Shown piece after piece: positions 39,297-49,136 of a stretch of 64,000 nt of DNA. The stretch's first letter is position 1. Each line of letters begins with the position of its first letter. A program made the position numbers and the translations under genes. Below the pieces are notes generated by a model, which made no database searches, was not told the DNA's origin, and was given only the letters and a program-made list of their open reading frames with translations. This DNA comes from Myxococcota bacterium (GTDB lineage Bacteria; Myxococcota_A; UBA9160; UBA4427): positions 219,822 through 283,821 of the forward strand of contig JAYZFK010000062.1 in assembly GCA_036336835.1 (NCBI GenBank). Reading direction: 5' to 3'.

Positions 39297-39309
39297 CAAG
39301 CTACTGATA
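39297..39309 (-). promoter_or_regulatory. IHF-like site
   Basis: TATCAGTAGCTTG matches WATCARNNNNTTR; in an AT-rich patch just upstream of the sigma54 site. Confidence 0.6.
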
Positions 39310-39462
39310 TCATTTAGGAAAATTGATCTGACCGGACCCTCCGCCGTCTGTCGGCAGGCCGAGCAGAATGGGTGGTTTCACCCCCTCTCAGGCGCAAGCT
39401 TTTGAAATGAAAGGCTGTTCTAGGTGTCGGAATTCGAACACGGGTGTCAAATCCGTGGACAT

Positions 39463-41205
39463 TCAAGCGGGTGCAGGGAGGTCGAATACGGCAACGAGTT
39501 CGCGTGCGGAGCCGTCGCTCAGCGTGAAGCCGCCCCCGGCTGCCGAAGCGATCTCCTTGCACAGGGCGAGCTCGGCGCGCGGCTGCGCCGAGACAGTCAT
39601 CGCTGTAGACGGTTCGGGGATGTGACGCACCAGGATCCGAAGCGCCGGGCCACCGCGCAGGCCAGCCGGGTCGTGATGTGAGGCAATGTAGAGATCGCCC
39701 CCCTCCCGGGAGCGCAGGATCAGGTTGGCGAGCAGTCCCCGCAGGCCGAGCCGCAGATCTACCGGGTTTGCGAGTACCTGTGGCCGCTTCTGGTCGAGCT
39801 CCTTGAGTACGACGACGCGCCGCCGTGACAGCTCGCTGCGCAGGGCGTCCAACAGCGACTCGATCAGCTGGGTCGTGTCAACGGCCACCAGGCCCGCGCC
39901 GCTCTTGCTGCCGGCTTCGATCAAGTCGTCGGGGCCCAGCGCGATCAGCGGAAGCTCGTCGTCCTCCTCGATCCACTCCGGCTCGGGGAGCCCTTGCTCG
40001 TCCGGCTCGAGCTCGGCCTCGAGCAGCGATGGCTGGGACGCCCCGTCGTCAGTGTGACCCGTCGCTTCGGCTCTTTCGTCCGCGGCATCCGGCCACGAGA
40101 CCAGGGCGGTGTCTGGCTCGATCCGGAGGTGGCGAGCCTCGAGCGGGTCTGCCGAGTACTCGGCAAGGGCACGGATCACGACCCCCTCGAGCTCTCGGAA
40201 GTTGCCGGGCCAGCTGTGGAGTTCGAGCGCCTCGATCGCATCGGCGGCGAAGTCGCGGGTGTGTTGGCCTGCTGCGTTCGACCAGAAGAGCGAGCTTGCG
40301 CGGGCAAACGGTGCAATGGCCCCCGGCCGCTCGCGCAGTGGCGGGACGGAGATGGAGAGCCCGGCGAGCGCGGCCAGCAGCTCGGCGTCCTCGGCGGCCC
40401 CTGCCGGTGGCAGCGACGCGACCCAGCGCAGGCGCGTTCCCGAAGCGACGCCCGGCGGGAGACCGTACTCGATCCACTGGAGGAGGCTGCTGCACAGAGA
40501 GGCCGGCAGGTCCTCGGGTCGCTGGAGCAGCAATGTCGCGCTCGAGGCCCCCGCAGCTCGCTGGATCGAAGTCAGCAGATGGGCTTCGTCGCGCGCGGCC
40601 GAGCAGTCGATCTCGACGAACGGCATCGTTCCACCCGATGCATAGCCGCCAAAGGTGTGGACATAGCGTGCGAACAGTGCGCGCCCCGTCCCACGCTCTC
40701 CGCGGATGACGAGTGGCACGTTCGCATGCTTGGGGTCCATCGCGCGCAGCAGCTCGCCGACGCCGAGGTCGTCGAACCAGCGGATGAAGCGCTCGGCGAG
40801 TCGGTCGCGGTAGCGCCGCACAGAGAGCGAGTCGCGCGCAATCCGCGCACCGAGTGCCTGGCGGATCGCTCCGCGCAGCTGCGCGGCCGAGTGCGGTGCG
40901 GTCAGCACGTGCGCATCGACAGTGTCGAACAGGCGGAGCAGCTCGGCCTCACCGAGCTCGCTCGTCAGCAGGAGCCAGCGGCAATCGCCGAGGCGCGCGG
41001 CGTTGCGGTGGGCAAATTCGAGCTCGATCTCGATATCACCGGCCAGACCCAGCACGACTGCGCGGGGCGGCGCAGAACTCTCGAGCTCGATGTCCGTCGG
41101 AGAGCCGACCCGCGCGACGTCGCCCGCTGCGATCATGCGCTCGAGCGCAGCTCGCTGGGCTGCATCGCGGTGCAGGATCCAGATCTGCGGTGTCTTCGTG
41201 GACAT
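39463..41205 (-). CDS. Degenerate sigma54-activator-like protein (REC-like + AAA+ without GAFTGA + acidic linker + HATPase-like, no HTH)
   Basis: PLVIRGERGTGR, FVEIDC, VPPLRER and WPGNFREL show bEBP ancestry; C-terminal LALCKEIASAAGGGFTL...VFDLP resembles HATPase_c. Confidence 0.75.
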   Translation of the reverse strand: MSTKTPQIWILHRDAAQRAALERMIAAGDVARVGSPTDIELESSAPPRAVVLGLAGDIEIELEFAHRNAARLGDCRWLLLTSELGEAELLRLFDTVDAHVLTAPHSAAQLRGAIRQALGARIARDSLSVRRYRDRLAERFIRWFDDLGVGELLRAMDPKHANVPLVIRGERGTGRALFARYVHTFGGYASGGTMPFVEIDCSAARDEAHLLTSIQRAAGASSATLLLQRPEDLPASLCSSLLQWIEYGLPPGVASGTRLRWVASLPPAGAAEDAELLAALAGLSISVPPLRERPGAIAPFARASSLFWSNAAGQHTRDFAADAIEALELHSWPGNFRELEGVVIRALAEYSADPLEARHLRIEPDTALVSWPDAADERAEATGHTDDGASQPSLLEAELEPDEQGLPEPEWIEEDDELPLIALGPDDLIEAGSKSGAGLVAVDTTQLIESLLDALRSELSRRRVVVLKELDQKRPQVLANPVDLRLGLRGLLANLILRSREGGDLYIASHHDPAGLRGGPALRILVRHIPEPSTAMTVSAQPRAELALCKEIASAAGGGFTLSDGSARELVAVFDLPAPA

Positions 41206-41269
41206 ACCGGGCCTCGGGATGGTGTCGCACCGATCTGCGTCGGGCGCACTCTCTCGACAACCATGCGAG

Positions 41270-41285
41270 AGCAAGCCACGTGCCA
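41270..41285 (-). promoter_or_regulatory. Sigma54 promoter of the degenerate activator gene
   Basis: TGGCACGTGGCTTGCT, a perfect consensus match; IHF-like GTTCAATAGCTTG at 41331-41343. Confidence 0.85.
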
Positions 41286-41434
41286 CCGCCGTAAGCTCTC
41301 GTGCGACCGGCAGCTGTTCCGCCAACTACGCAAGCTATTGAACGAATCTCGTTTCGTGTTCGAGAGACGGGGCGCCTGCTGCTGGACCAACGATACCCGA
41401 CCAGTTCCGCCGGTGGGTTGCGGGCTTCCCTGCT

Positions 41435-42319
41435 GTGAAATGCTCCGAGAGGACGCGGAAGCTGCCGATTGCCGCTGCGCGAGGGCTGCGCGAGAGTTGC
41501 CGGGCGCGTGGTCTTCGATCGACGACCCGCGGCAGGGAGTACAACGTCATTCCTCGTTCCACCCCCACCGTCGTCATCCTAGCGATCACGGCGTGTCTGC
41601 TCGTGCTCGCAGCGCCGAGCGTGCGTGGCGAAGACAGCACGGACGATGCGGTCGATCTGGTGGGCACCTGGCACGTCCTGATCCACTACCGTGACTCCGA
41701 CGCCGCGAACCCGGACGTGATGCGCTGGGACGACCGGCTCTGGGTGTTCCAGCGCAAGGGATCGCGACTCGCATGGACCGAGTACCCGATCGTCGTGTTC
41801 ACCGATCGCGACGGCCGTTTCGAGCGAAGCCGTCACGGACAGCGGCGGGTGCTACACGCCTGGGAGCCGAACGCGGCCCAGCAAGCACAGATCGAAGCGG
41901 GGCTCGAGTTCAATACGCTCGGCTCGAAGAAGAAGACGTTGCGCCGAAAGCGCGATGGCAGCTGGCAGTCGACCGGGGCGGCGATGACGCTCTCTGCCTC
42001 CGTGATCGGCTACCACGAAATCTGGTCGATCCTGGGGCTCGACGAGGTGCCGACCTTCGTGCGCGAGGACGTGCTCGGCTCTGTGCGCGCCGAATCGGTG
42101 AGCGGTCGCACCGAGTATCGCGGCAGCGAGATCGACGCGGAGGGGAGCGTGATCCGCGGCGAGTTCGCACGCGACGAGAGTCGACGTGGCAGCTTTCGAA
42201 TGATGCGCTCGGGCGATGCCGCCTCGGTCGGCACCAAGCGGACCCAGCGCGAGCGCATCCGCGACAGCTTCGACCCGAGCATGCTCGAGCCCGAAGCCGA
42301 CCCTGGAAAGCGGGAGTGA
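41435..42319 (+). CDS. Hypothetical exported protein (start uncertain)
   Basis: Hydrophobic signal-like VVILAITACLLVLAAPSVRG followed by a beta-rich domain (DLVGTWHVLIHY); no family recognised. Confidence 0.7.
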   Translation: MKCSERTRKLPIAAARGLRESCRARGLRSTTRGREYNVIPRSTPTVVILAITACLLVLAAPSVRGEDSTDDAVDLVGTWHVLIHYRDSDAANPDVMRWDDRLWVFQRKGSRLAWTEYPIVVFTDRDGRFERSRHGQRRVLHAWEPNAAQQAQIEAGLEFNTLGSKKKTLRRKRDGSWQSTGAAMTLSASVIGYHEIWSILGLDEVPTFVREDVLGSVRAESVSGRTEYRGSEIDAEGSVIRGEFARDESRRGSFRMMRSGDAASVGTKRTQRERIRDSFDPSMLEPEADPGKRE

Positions 42320-42325
42320 TCGCGG

Positions 42326-42796
42326 GTGGACGGTGTCGTTCGCGCCGCCGAGCCTCACGACCTCGATCGTGTGGCGGCGCTCTGGACCGCGATCACGCAC
42401 CATCACGCCCCACTCGATCCGCTGTTCACCCAGCGAGCGGACGCTGGCGAGGTGCTGGGCGAGCTGATTCGCGAGCTCCATCGCGACCGCGACGCGGCGA
42501 TCTTCGTGTTCGACGCCGCAGGCGATCTGCCGGGGATGTGCATCGTGCGCATCGACCACGCCCCTCCGATCCTCCAGGAGACCGAACGAGCCGAGATCAC
42601 CGACATCGGCGTGCGCGCCGACGCGCGCCGGCGGGGCATTGCCCGCCGCCTGGTCGAAGCCGCACTTGCATGGGTGCGCGCCGCAGGCGTCGAGCGTGTC
42701 GAGATCCAGGTAGCCGTCCACAACCCCGAGGGCCAGGCTTTCTGGCGGGCCCTTGGCTTCGGTGACTTGCTGCACGTATTGCACAGGCGGCTGTAG
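42326..42796 (+). CDS. GNAT family N-acetyltransferase
   Basis: V...ARRRGIARRL (motif A); N..GQAFWRALGF. Confidence 0.9.
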   Translation: MDGVVRAAEPHDLDRVAALWTAITHHHAPLDPLFTQRADAGEVLGELIRELHRDRDAAIFVFDAAGDLPGMCIVRIDHAPPILQETERAEITDIGVRADARRRGIARRLVEAALAWVRAAGVERVEIQVAVHNPEGQAFWRALGFGDLLHVLHRRL

Positions 42797-42805
42797 TCCA
42801 TCGCG

Positions 42806-44266
42806 TCAGCGATCGAGTTCGTCGAAGGTCTCGATCAGCCGCACCAGCGTGTCGGCGCCGCGCTCCAAGTTGCGGATGGAAATCTTCTCGTCGGGTCCGT
42901 GGATGCCCCGCGTATCGTCGTCGCGCAGCCAGCGCGGCACGAAGCCGTAGACCACGAACCCTCGCTCGCGAAGCCAGTGCGCATCCGACGAGCCCGCGCT
43001 CACGCGCGCGATGACGAGCGCGCCCGGGTCGATCGCCTGCGCTGTGGCCTCGATCGCCCGGAACAAGGGTGTTGCGATCGTCGTGCTTCCAGCCTGGAAG
43101 CCGAGCAGCCGCACGATCTCGACGGCGGGGTCGGCGATCCGCTTCCTCACCCGTTGCTCGAACTCGTCGCAGCTCGCGCCCGGCAGCAACCGCGCGTCGA
43201 TCTGGCCGCGCGCCTCGGCGGGCACGACGTTGGTCGTCGGGGATCCCTCGAGCAGCGTCAGAGATACGGTCGTCGTAACGAGTGCCTCGTTGGAGCGATG
43301 ACGCAGGAAGCGGCGGCGAAACTCGGGGTCGTGGTCGAGTGCGTGCGCCAGGTCCTGGTACGCGCGGCGATCGCGGGGTGCCGCGATCGGAGCCATCGCG
43401 CGGAACATGCGCGCGACCTCGGGGACGACGCGTACGTCCCATTCCATGGTTCGAACGCGCTCGAGCGCCGCAATCAACCGAGGTACTGCAGCGTCGCGAG
43501 CCGGAATCGCTGAGTGGCCGGGTGTGCCCCGCGTTCGAAGTTCGAGCCAACACGGGCTCTTCTCGGAGACGCTCACCGACCACAGAGGACGCTGACTCGG
43601 GATGTCGCGGATCGATCCGCCCTCCCCGAGCACGTAGCGCACGCCATCGAGCAGCTCGGCGCGTTCGCGCAGGATCCAGCCAAGTCCCTTGCGACCGCCG
43701 GCTTCCTCGTCGGGCACGGAGAGCAGCAGCACGTCGCGGCGAAGCGGCGTCGCGCGGCGGGCCAAGGCTTCGAGTGCGAGCGCGTGGACGACCGCGAGGC
43801 CCTTGGCGTCGAGTGCGCCGCGACCGATCACGTGACCGTGCCGGATCGTTCCGGCGAAGGGATTCTCACTCCAGCCCGTGGCGCGTGCCGCCACCACGTC
43901 GAGGTGTGAGAGCAGCAGCAGCGCCGGACGCTCGCCGCTGCCAGGCACGCGGCCGAGCGCAGCCGCGCGCCGGGGTCCCTCGGCCGGTGATGGCGTGCGC
44001 ACCAGCCGGCTTTGGACACCCCCGCGGTGGAGCTCGTCGACCAGCAGGCGGGCCGCGGGCGCTTCGCCACCGGGTGGATTCACCGTCGGTATCTGAACCA
44101 ACGCCGAAAGCAGTCGAGCCGCTCGTTTCGCTGGGGTTGCCCCACGAACCGATTCGCCTGGCGATTCATCTTCCCCGGCGGGCGAGCGTTCCGGGTGAGT
44201 CGATGTGCAGGAAGCCAGGGAAAGCGCGCAGAGCGACGCCCAGATCGCGACCGGCGGTCCAGACAT
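42806..44266 (-). CDS. M20/M25/M40 family metallopeptidase, probable lipoprotein
   Basis: LASC lipobox; SHLDVV, GRGALDAKG, PDEEAGG and IHGPDE motifs. Confidence 0.9.
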   Translation of the reverse strand: MSGPPVAIWASLCALSLASCTSTHPERSPAGEDESPGESVRGATPAKRAARLLSALVQIPTVNPPGGEAPAARLLVDELHRGGVQSRLVRTPSPAEGPRRAAALGRVPGSGERPALLLLSHLDVVAARATGWSENPFAGTIRHGHVIGRGALDAKGLAVVHALALEALARRATPLRRDVLLLSVPDEEAGGRKGLGWILRERAELLDGVRYVLGEGGSIRDIPSQRPLWSVSVSEKSPCWLELRTRGTPGHSAIPARDAAVPRLIAALERVRTMEWDVRVVPEVARMFRAMAPIAAPRDRRAYQDLAHALDHDPEFRRRFLRHRSNEALVTTTVSLTLLEGSPTTNVVPAEARGQIDARLLPGASCDEFEQRVRKRIADPAVEIVRLLGFQAGSTTIATPLFRAIEATAQAIDPGALVIARVSAGSSDAHWLRERGFVVYGFVPRWLRDDDTRGIHGPDEKISIRNLERGADTLVRLIETFDELDR

Positions 44267-44455
44267 CAGCCGACCGCACGCGGCTGGCAATCGGGCGGAA
44301 GCTTCAACCCCACGGGGAAATAACACCTTTCCGATTTTTCAGCTTCCGGATGCCGGTTGCCTGGTAGCCGCAGGATGGCGCTCGTTGCCGGGTGCACGCC
44401 GGTCCCGTGAGGGCTAACTATACCGCCGGGTCCGGGGGGGCCCTTGGAGCTGTTC

Positions 44456-45949
44456 ATGAGTCTGGAAGCGCGGTCCATGCGTGGTGGACCGGTTTCGGCA
44501 AGAGTCACCCTCGTCCTGTTGCTGCTATCGCTGGCCATGGTGTCCGGCTTGGGCGCCGGTGACAGTGCGCCGACCGGAATGGATTCCGGCGCTACTGCAG
44601 CGTCAGTGGCCGGGACCGAGCCGCTGGGGCCCGGACTGGTGCGCGATTCCAGAGGCTCGCAGTCGGCTGACCGGTTGGAGGTGGCGGCTGCCCCGGCCCG
44701 CTCGGCCGCGGACCTGCTGCCCGCGCCGGTCTCTGCAGGACGGTTCCGCAGTGCGGTCGCCATGCGACCGCTGTCCGGCGACGTTTTGGCCGACGAGTTC
44801 GCGCTCTATGCCGGGCCGACCGAGCCCGCAGTCGGCGTCATCGAAGGCAAGCTCGAGCAAGGGCAGACGCTGTTTGCCGCGGTCGCCAGGCAAGGCGTGC
44901 GGCCGAGCACCGTGCACGCCATCTCGAGCGAGCTGTTCTCGCTGTTCGACTTTCACAAGGCCCAGCCGGGCCAGAGCTTCAGGCTGGTTCTCGACGCCAA
45001 GGGCAAGCTTCTCGAATTCGACTACCAGATCGACGACGACGAGAGCGTCCACCTCGCGCGTTCCGAGGATGGTCGCTACCAGGCGGTCTACGACAAGAGC
45101 GAGTTGGTGCCGCACGTCGTCCGGATGGCTGGCATCGTGAACAGCAGTCTCTACGAGGCGATCGGGAAACTCGGCGAGGATCCGGCACTCGCCAGCGCTT
45201 TTGCGGCCGTATTCGCCTGGGAGTTCGACTTCACCCGCAGCGTTCGGCCCGGCGACGAGTTCCACGTGCTCTACGAGCGGCTCTATCGCGAGGATCGCAA
45301 CGGGCGCCAGCACTATGTGAGGCCGGGCCAGATCCTTGCGGCGCACTACCGCGGCGGCGATCGGGAGATGCAGGCGCTCTACTTCGAACCCGAATCGGGG
45401 CGCGGGGGCTACTACCGGATGGATGGGACCTCCATCGAACGCCAGTTCCTGACGGCGCCGGTCGAGTACTCGCGCATCAGCTCGACCTACTCGAACGCGC
45501 GCCCACACCCCATTCTGAAGGTGACGCGGGCGCACCCCGGGATCGACTACGCGGCACCGCACGGTACCCCCGTATGGGCCGTGGCCGACGGGACAGTGAT
45601 TCATCGCGGTCGTGCCGGGGGCTTCGGTCATCTCGTCAAGGTCCGGCACGTGAACGGCTACGTGTCCTACTACTCGCACCTTTCGCGCTACGGGAAGGGC
45701 CTGCACGTCGGTCAGACCGTCAGCCAGAAGGAAGTGATCGGCTACGTCGGAAGCACGGGGCTGGCAACCGGGCCGCACGTCTGCTTTCGCATCGCCAAGG
45801 ACGGGCGCTACATCGATCCGTTCAGTGTCGAGACACCGGTCGCCGACGCCATCTCGCTGGCGAGCTGGTCCGCGTTCTCACGCGTGCGCGACGATATGTT
45901 GATGCGGCTCGATGGAGCGACGGCGGTTGCCGTTCAGGACGCCTTGTAA
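44456..45949 (+). CDS. M23 family peptidoglycan DD-endopeptidase (MepM/Csd3-like)
   Basis: N-terminal TM; DFTRSVRPGD; HPGIDYAAP.GTPV, YSHL and GSTGLATGPH motifs. Confidence 0.9.
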   Translation: MSLEARSMRGGPVSARVTLVLLLLSLAMVSGLGAGDSAPTGMDSGATAASVAGTEPLGPGLVRDSRGSQSADRLEVAAAPARSAADLLPAPVSAGRFRSAVAMRPLSGDVLADEFALYAGPTEPAVGVIEGKLEQGQTLFAAVARQGVRPSTVHAISSELFSLFDFHKAQPGQSFRLVLDAKGKLLEFDYQIDDDESVHLARSEDGRYQAVYDKSELVPHVVRMAGIVNSSLYEAIGKLGEDPALASAFAAVFAWEFDFTRSVRPGDEFHVLYERLYREDRNGRQHYVRPGQILAAHYRGGDREMQALYFEPESGRGGYYRMDGTSIERQFLTAPVEYSRISSTYSNARPHPILKVTRAHPGIDYAAPHGTPVWAVADGTVIHRGRAGGFGHLVKVRHVNGYVSYYSHLSRYGKGLHVGQTVSQKEVIGYVGSTGLATGPHVCFRIAKDGRYIDPFSVETPVADAISLASWSAFSRVRDDMLMRLDGATAVAVQDAL

Positions 45950-46094
45950 CCGGCGAAAGACCGCGCCCCCCCGGTATCAGAGTTCACCCGAGCCCGTCTT
46001 CGCCGCCTAGGCGTTGAGTTGTCGCGAGGACGGCGGCTGTGCGAGCCTGATGGGGTGGCGCGTGCACCAGCGCGCCCGGAGGTCGGAGTCAGCA

Positions 46095-46529
46095 GTGGCA
46101 ATCGCAGGTGGACTGGAAGCGGCGCTTGGGCGGCTCGGCGAGGCGCTCGGCGAGCGCGAGGTCGCGCACGCCGCGAGCCTGAGAGCATCTCGCGACAGGG
46201 CGTTCGAGCTCTACGAGCGCGTGGCTGGGGCGCTCGAGCACTATCACGCGGCGATCGAGGCCGCGGGTGCACCACACCTGTGTGTCGAGCTGACACCCCC
46301 GAGGCTCGACGAGAAACACGTGCGCTCGTACGAGTTCGACCTGCGTCGGGGCCGCCACCGCGGCCTGTTCGTGCTCAAGAGCCGGGGCGAACTCACACTG
46401 GTCGGGCCGTACCGCACCGGCAAGACCGAGGGCCCCTGTCGCAGCTTCCCGATCGAGGCCGATGCCGAGATCGAATCTGCGCTCGTCGAGTTCGTTTCGA
46501 GCTTCCTCGAGGAGGCGGCCACTCCGTGA
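46095..46529 (+). CDS. Hypothetical protein (helical N-terminus + small alpha/beta domain)
   Basis: GGAG then GTG 46095; GTGA-coupled to the next gene; plausible composition. Confidence 0.65.
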   Translation: MAIAGGLEAALGRLGEALGEREVAHAASLRASRDRAFELYERVAGALEHYHAAIEAAGAPHLCVELTPPRLDEKHVRSYEFDLRRGRHRGLFVLKSRGELTLVGPYRTGKTEGPCRSFPIEADAEIESALVEFVSSFLEEAATP

Positions 46530-47149
46530 CGTCGGCCGCGCATGCGCTGGCCGGTGTGCGTCGTGTGCGGGTCGGCACCACGAACGGCCAGAAGATCGCG
46601 GCCGCCACCGATGCGGTTGCCTGCTATGCGCCCCACGCGGAGGTCGAGGGGGCGGCGGTAGAGAGCGGCGTCTCGCCGCAGCCCGTCGGCTTCGAGGAGA
46701 TCTCGCTGGGCGCGCGCAACCGTGCGGCCCGCGCGTTCGCTCTCGGCGACTGCGATCTCGCGGTTGGCTACGAGGATGGACTGGTCGAGCTGTTGGCACT
46801 CGGCGGCGACTCGCGCGAGCTGTTGAACGTGGGCTGCGCCGCGGTCACCGACGGCTCGGCGACATCGCTCGGTCTGTCTTCGGCCTTCGCCTATCCACCG
46901 CAATGCGCGCAGCGTGCCGTCCGGGATCGAGCGCCGATCGGCGAGCTGTTCGACGCGCTATGGGCCGATCGCTCGGCGGCGATGGGCTTCGAGCCGTCGG
47001 CGGAATGTGAGGGAAACATCGGGAAGCTAAGTCTCGGTGTCCTGGTGCGCAGCGAGTACGCGCGTCATGCGATTGTCTGCGCTCTGGTTCGCTTTCTGCA
47101 CCCCGACTTGTACGTCGAGTCGGCGCCTTCGACCCAGGGCGTGGCGTGA
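46526..47149 (+). CDS. yjjX: DUF84/YjjX-type inosine/xanthosine triphosphatase
   Basis: VGTTN..K, SGVSPQP, GARNRA, G.EDG and G.IG.LS motifs. Confidence 0.82.
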   Translation: MTSAAHALAGVRRVRVGTTNGQKIAAATDAVACYAPHAEVEGAAVESGVSPQPVGFEEISLGARNRAARAFALGDCDLAVGYEDGLVELLALGGDSRELLNVGCAAVTDGSATSLGLSSAFAYPPQCAQRAVRDRAPIGELFDALWADRSAAMGFEPSAECEGNIGKLSLGVLVRSEYARHAIVCALVRFLHPDLYVESAPSTQGVA

Positions 47150-48516
47150 GCGCGCAAACCCCGGCGGCTTCGGCGCGGGTCGAATCGCTCGACGATCTCG
47201 TCGAGTATTTTCGCAGCGCGGAGACACGGACCGCGGACTTTCGCATCGGGACCGAGCACGAGAAGATCGGGGTGTACTCGGACGGGCTCGCGCGCGTTCC
47301 ATACGAGGGGGAGCGCGGCATCGGCGCGCTGCTCGAGGCGGTCGCCTGCTCTGGGGGGGATTGGAGAAGGATCTACGAGGGCGCGAACCTGATCGCGCTC
47401 GAGAAGGACGGCGCCAGCATCACGCTCGAGCCGGGCGGTCAGCTCGAGCTATCCGGTGCGCCGCTGCACACGCTGCGCGAGACCTGCCGGGAGTTCAACG
47501 CCCATGTCGACCTGCTCAAGCGGGTGGCCAAAGAGTTCGGCATCGAGTGGCTCGCGCTCGGTGCCGATCCATTCCATGCGACGTCCACGATCCCACGCAT
47601 GCCCAAGAGCCGCTACGAGATCATGCGGTCCTACCTGCCGACGCGCGGCAGCCTGGCTCTGGACATGATGCACGCCACGGCAACGGTACAGGCAAACTAC
47701 GACTATGCGAGCGAGTCGGACATGACTTCGAAGCTGCGCGCTGCGCTCGGCTGCTCGCCGATCAGCTCCGCGTTGTTTGCGAACTCGCCGCTCGTCGAGG
47801 GCCGCGATAGCGGCTTCGCCACGCGCAGGGTCGACATCTGGCGCGACACCGATCCGGACCGATGTGGCCTGCTGCCATTCGTCTTCGAGGACGACTTCGG
47901 CTATCGCCGCTACACCGAATGGGCGCTCGACGTGCCGATGTTCTTCGTGGTGCGTGACGGCAGGTACCACGAGCTGCGCAACACGACTTTCCGCGATTTC
48001 GTCGAGCGCGGCATCGAGGGCGAGGGCGGTCGGGTCGAAGCGACGATCGCGGACTGGGATCTTCACCTGACGACGCTGTTCCCGGAGGTGCGGCTCAAGC
48101 GCTTCATCGAGGTGCGGGGTGCAGACGCATCACCGAGCTCCTTCATCTGCGCCCTGCCGGCGCTCTGGAAGGGCATCCTGTACGACGACACGGCGACGGC
48201 CGACGCCTGGCTGCTCGTCGCAGACTGGAAGCCGGAGCAGCGCGTGGAGGTGCTGGAGGCGGTGGCACGTGACGGTCTGCGCGCGGGCGCAGCCGGTACG
48301 CCGGTGCTCGAGTTGGCCCGCGATCTGGTGCGGATCGCGGACGACGGTCTCGGGCGGATTGCACAACGGGGCGAGACCGACGCAGACGAGCGGCACTTCC
48401 TGGACCCCCTGCGCGAACGCATCGAGGACGGTCGAAGCCTCTCGGATCTCGTGCTCGATGCCTGGCGGGCATCCGGCGGCTCGGGGGGGCGGTTGCTCGA
48501 GAGCATTCGCTACTGA
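47146..48516 (+). CDS. gshA: Glutamate-cysteine ligase (GCS2, plant/alphaproteobacterial type)
   Basis: [46 protein letters not shown] motifs. Confidence 0.92.
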   Translation: MSAQTPAASARVESLDDLVEYFRSAETRTADFRIGTEHEKIGVYSDGLARVPYEGERGIGALLEAVACSGGDWRRIYEGANLIALEKDGASITLEPGGQLELSGAPLHTLRETCREFNAHVDLLKRVAKEFGIEWLALGADPFHATSTIPRMPKSRYEIMRSYLPTRGSLALDMMHATATVQANYDYASESDMTSKLRAALGCSPISSALFANSPLVEGRDSGFATRRVDIWRDTDPDRCGLLPFVFEDDFGYRRYTEWALDVPMFFVVRDGRYHELRNTTFRDFVERGIEGEGGRVEATIADWDLHLTTLFPEVRLKRFIEVRGADASPSSFICALPALWKGILYDDTATADAWLLVADWKPEQRVEVLEAVARDGLRAGAAGTPVLELARDLVRIADDGLGRIAQRGETDADERHFLDPLRERIEDGRSLSDLVLDAWRASGGSGGRLLESIRY

Positions 48517-48549
48517 TAGATTGCCGCGGCCCGGCGCCCTGGAGAGTTC

Positions 48550-49110
48550 ATGAGCAATCCGAGCTTCAAGATCACATTCACTCTGGGCCCGGAAGACGTC
48601 GCGTATTTTCGGCGCCTCTTCCGGCAGGCGCGCAAGGCCGCTGGCCGCGAGGACGAGGGGAAGATCCTGCGCAGTGCGAAGCGGCTGCTGCGCGAAGTTC
48701 GACATGGAAGGAAGACGCCGAAGTTCGTGCTCGAGGCGATGACCACGCTCGATCATCTGCTGGAGCTGATCGAGGATGTCGACTACAGGCCGCCGCGAGC
48801 TGTGCGCAACCGGATCCTGGGAGCGCTCGCCTATTTCGGCAATCCAGGCGACCTGATCCCCGACCACATTCCCGTGTTTGGCTTCCTCGACGACGCACTG
48901 ATGGTGAAGCTCGTGGAAGGCGAATTCGCCTTCGAAATCGCGGCTTATCACAAGTTCGTCAAGTACCGTGCTGGTGCTGAGCAGCGCCCCTGGACGGACG
49001 CCGCCAAGAGCCGACTTCCGCAGCGACTCGAGGCGCAGCGCAAGAAGCTGCGCGCCGAGGTCGATCGTAAGTTGCAGCGTCAAGCGGGCCATCGCGGACT
49101 GTTCAGCTAG
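48550..49110 (+). CDS. DUF1232/YkvA family protein
   Basis: ALAYF.NP.DLIPDHIPVFGFLDD motif. Confidence 0.85.
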   Translation: MSNPSFKITFTLGPEDVAYFRRLFRQARKAAGREDEGKILRSAKRLLREVRHGRKTPKFVLEAMTTLDHLLELIEDVDYRPPRAVRNRILGALAYFGNPGDLIPDHIPVFGFLDDALMVKLVEGEFAFEIAAYHKFVKYRAGAEQRPWTDAAKSRLPQRLEAQRKKLRAEVDRKLQRQAGHRGLFS

Positions 49111-49136
49111 CGGCTCCATCTGCAAGGCGATCGCCG

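Noticed and set aside
45952..46004. GGCGAAAGAC...GTCTTCGCC inverted repeat after the M23 gene
   Set aside because: A single imperfect stem with a long loop; at most a terminator-like element.
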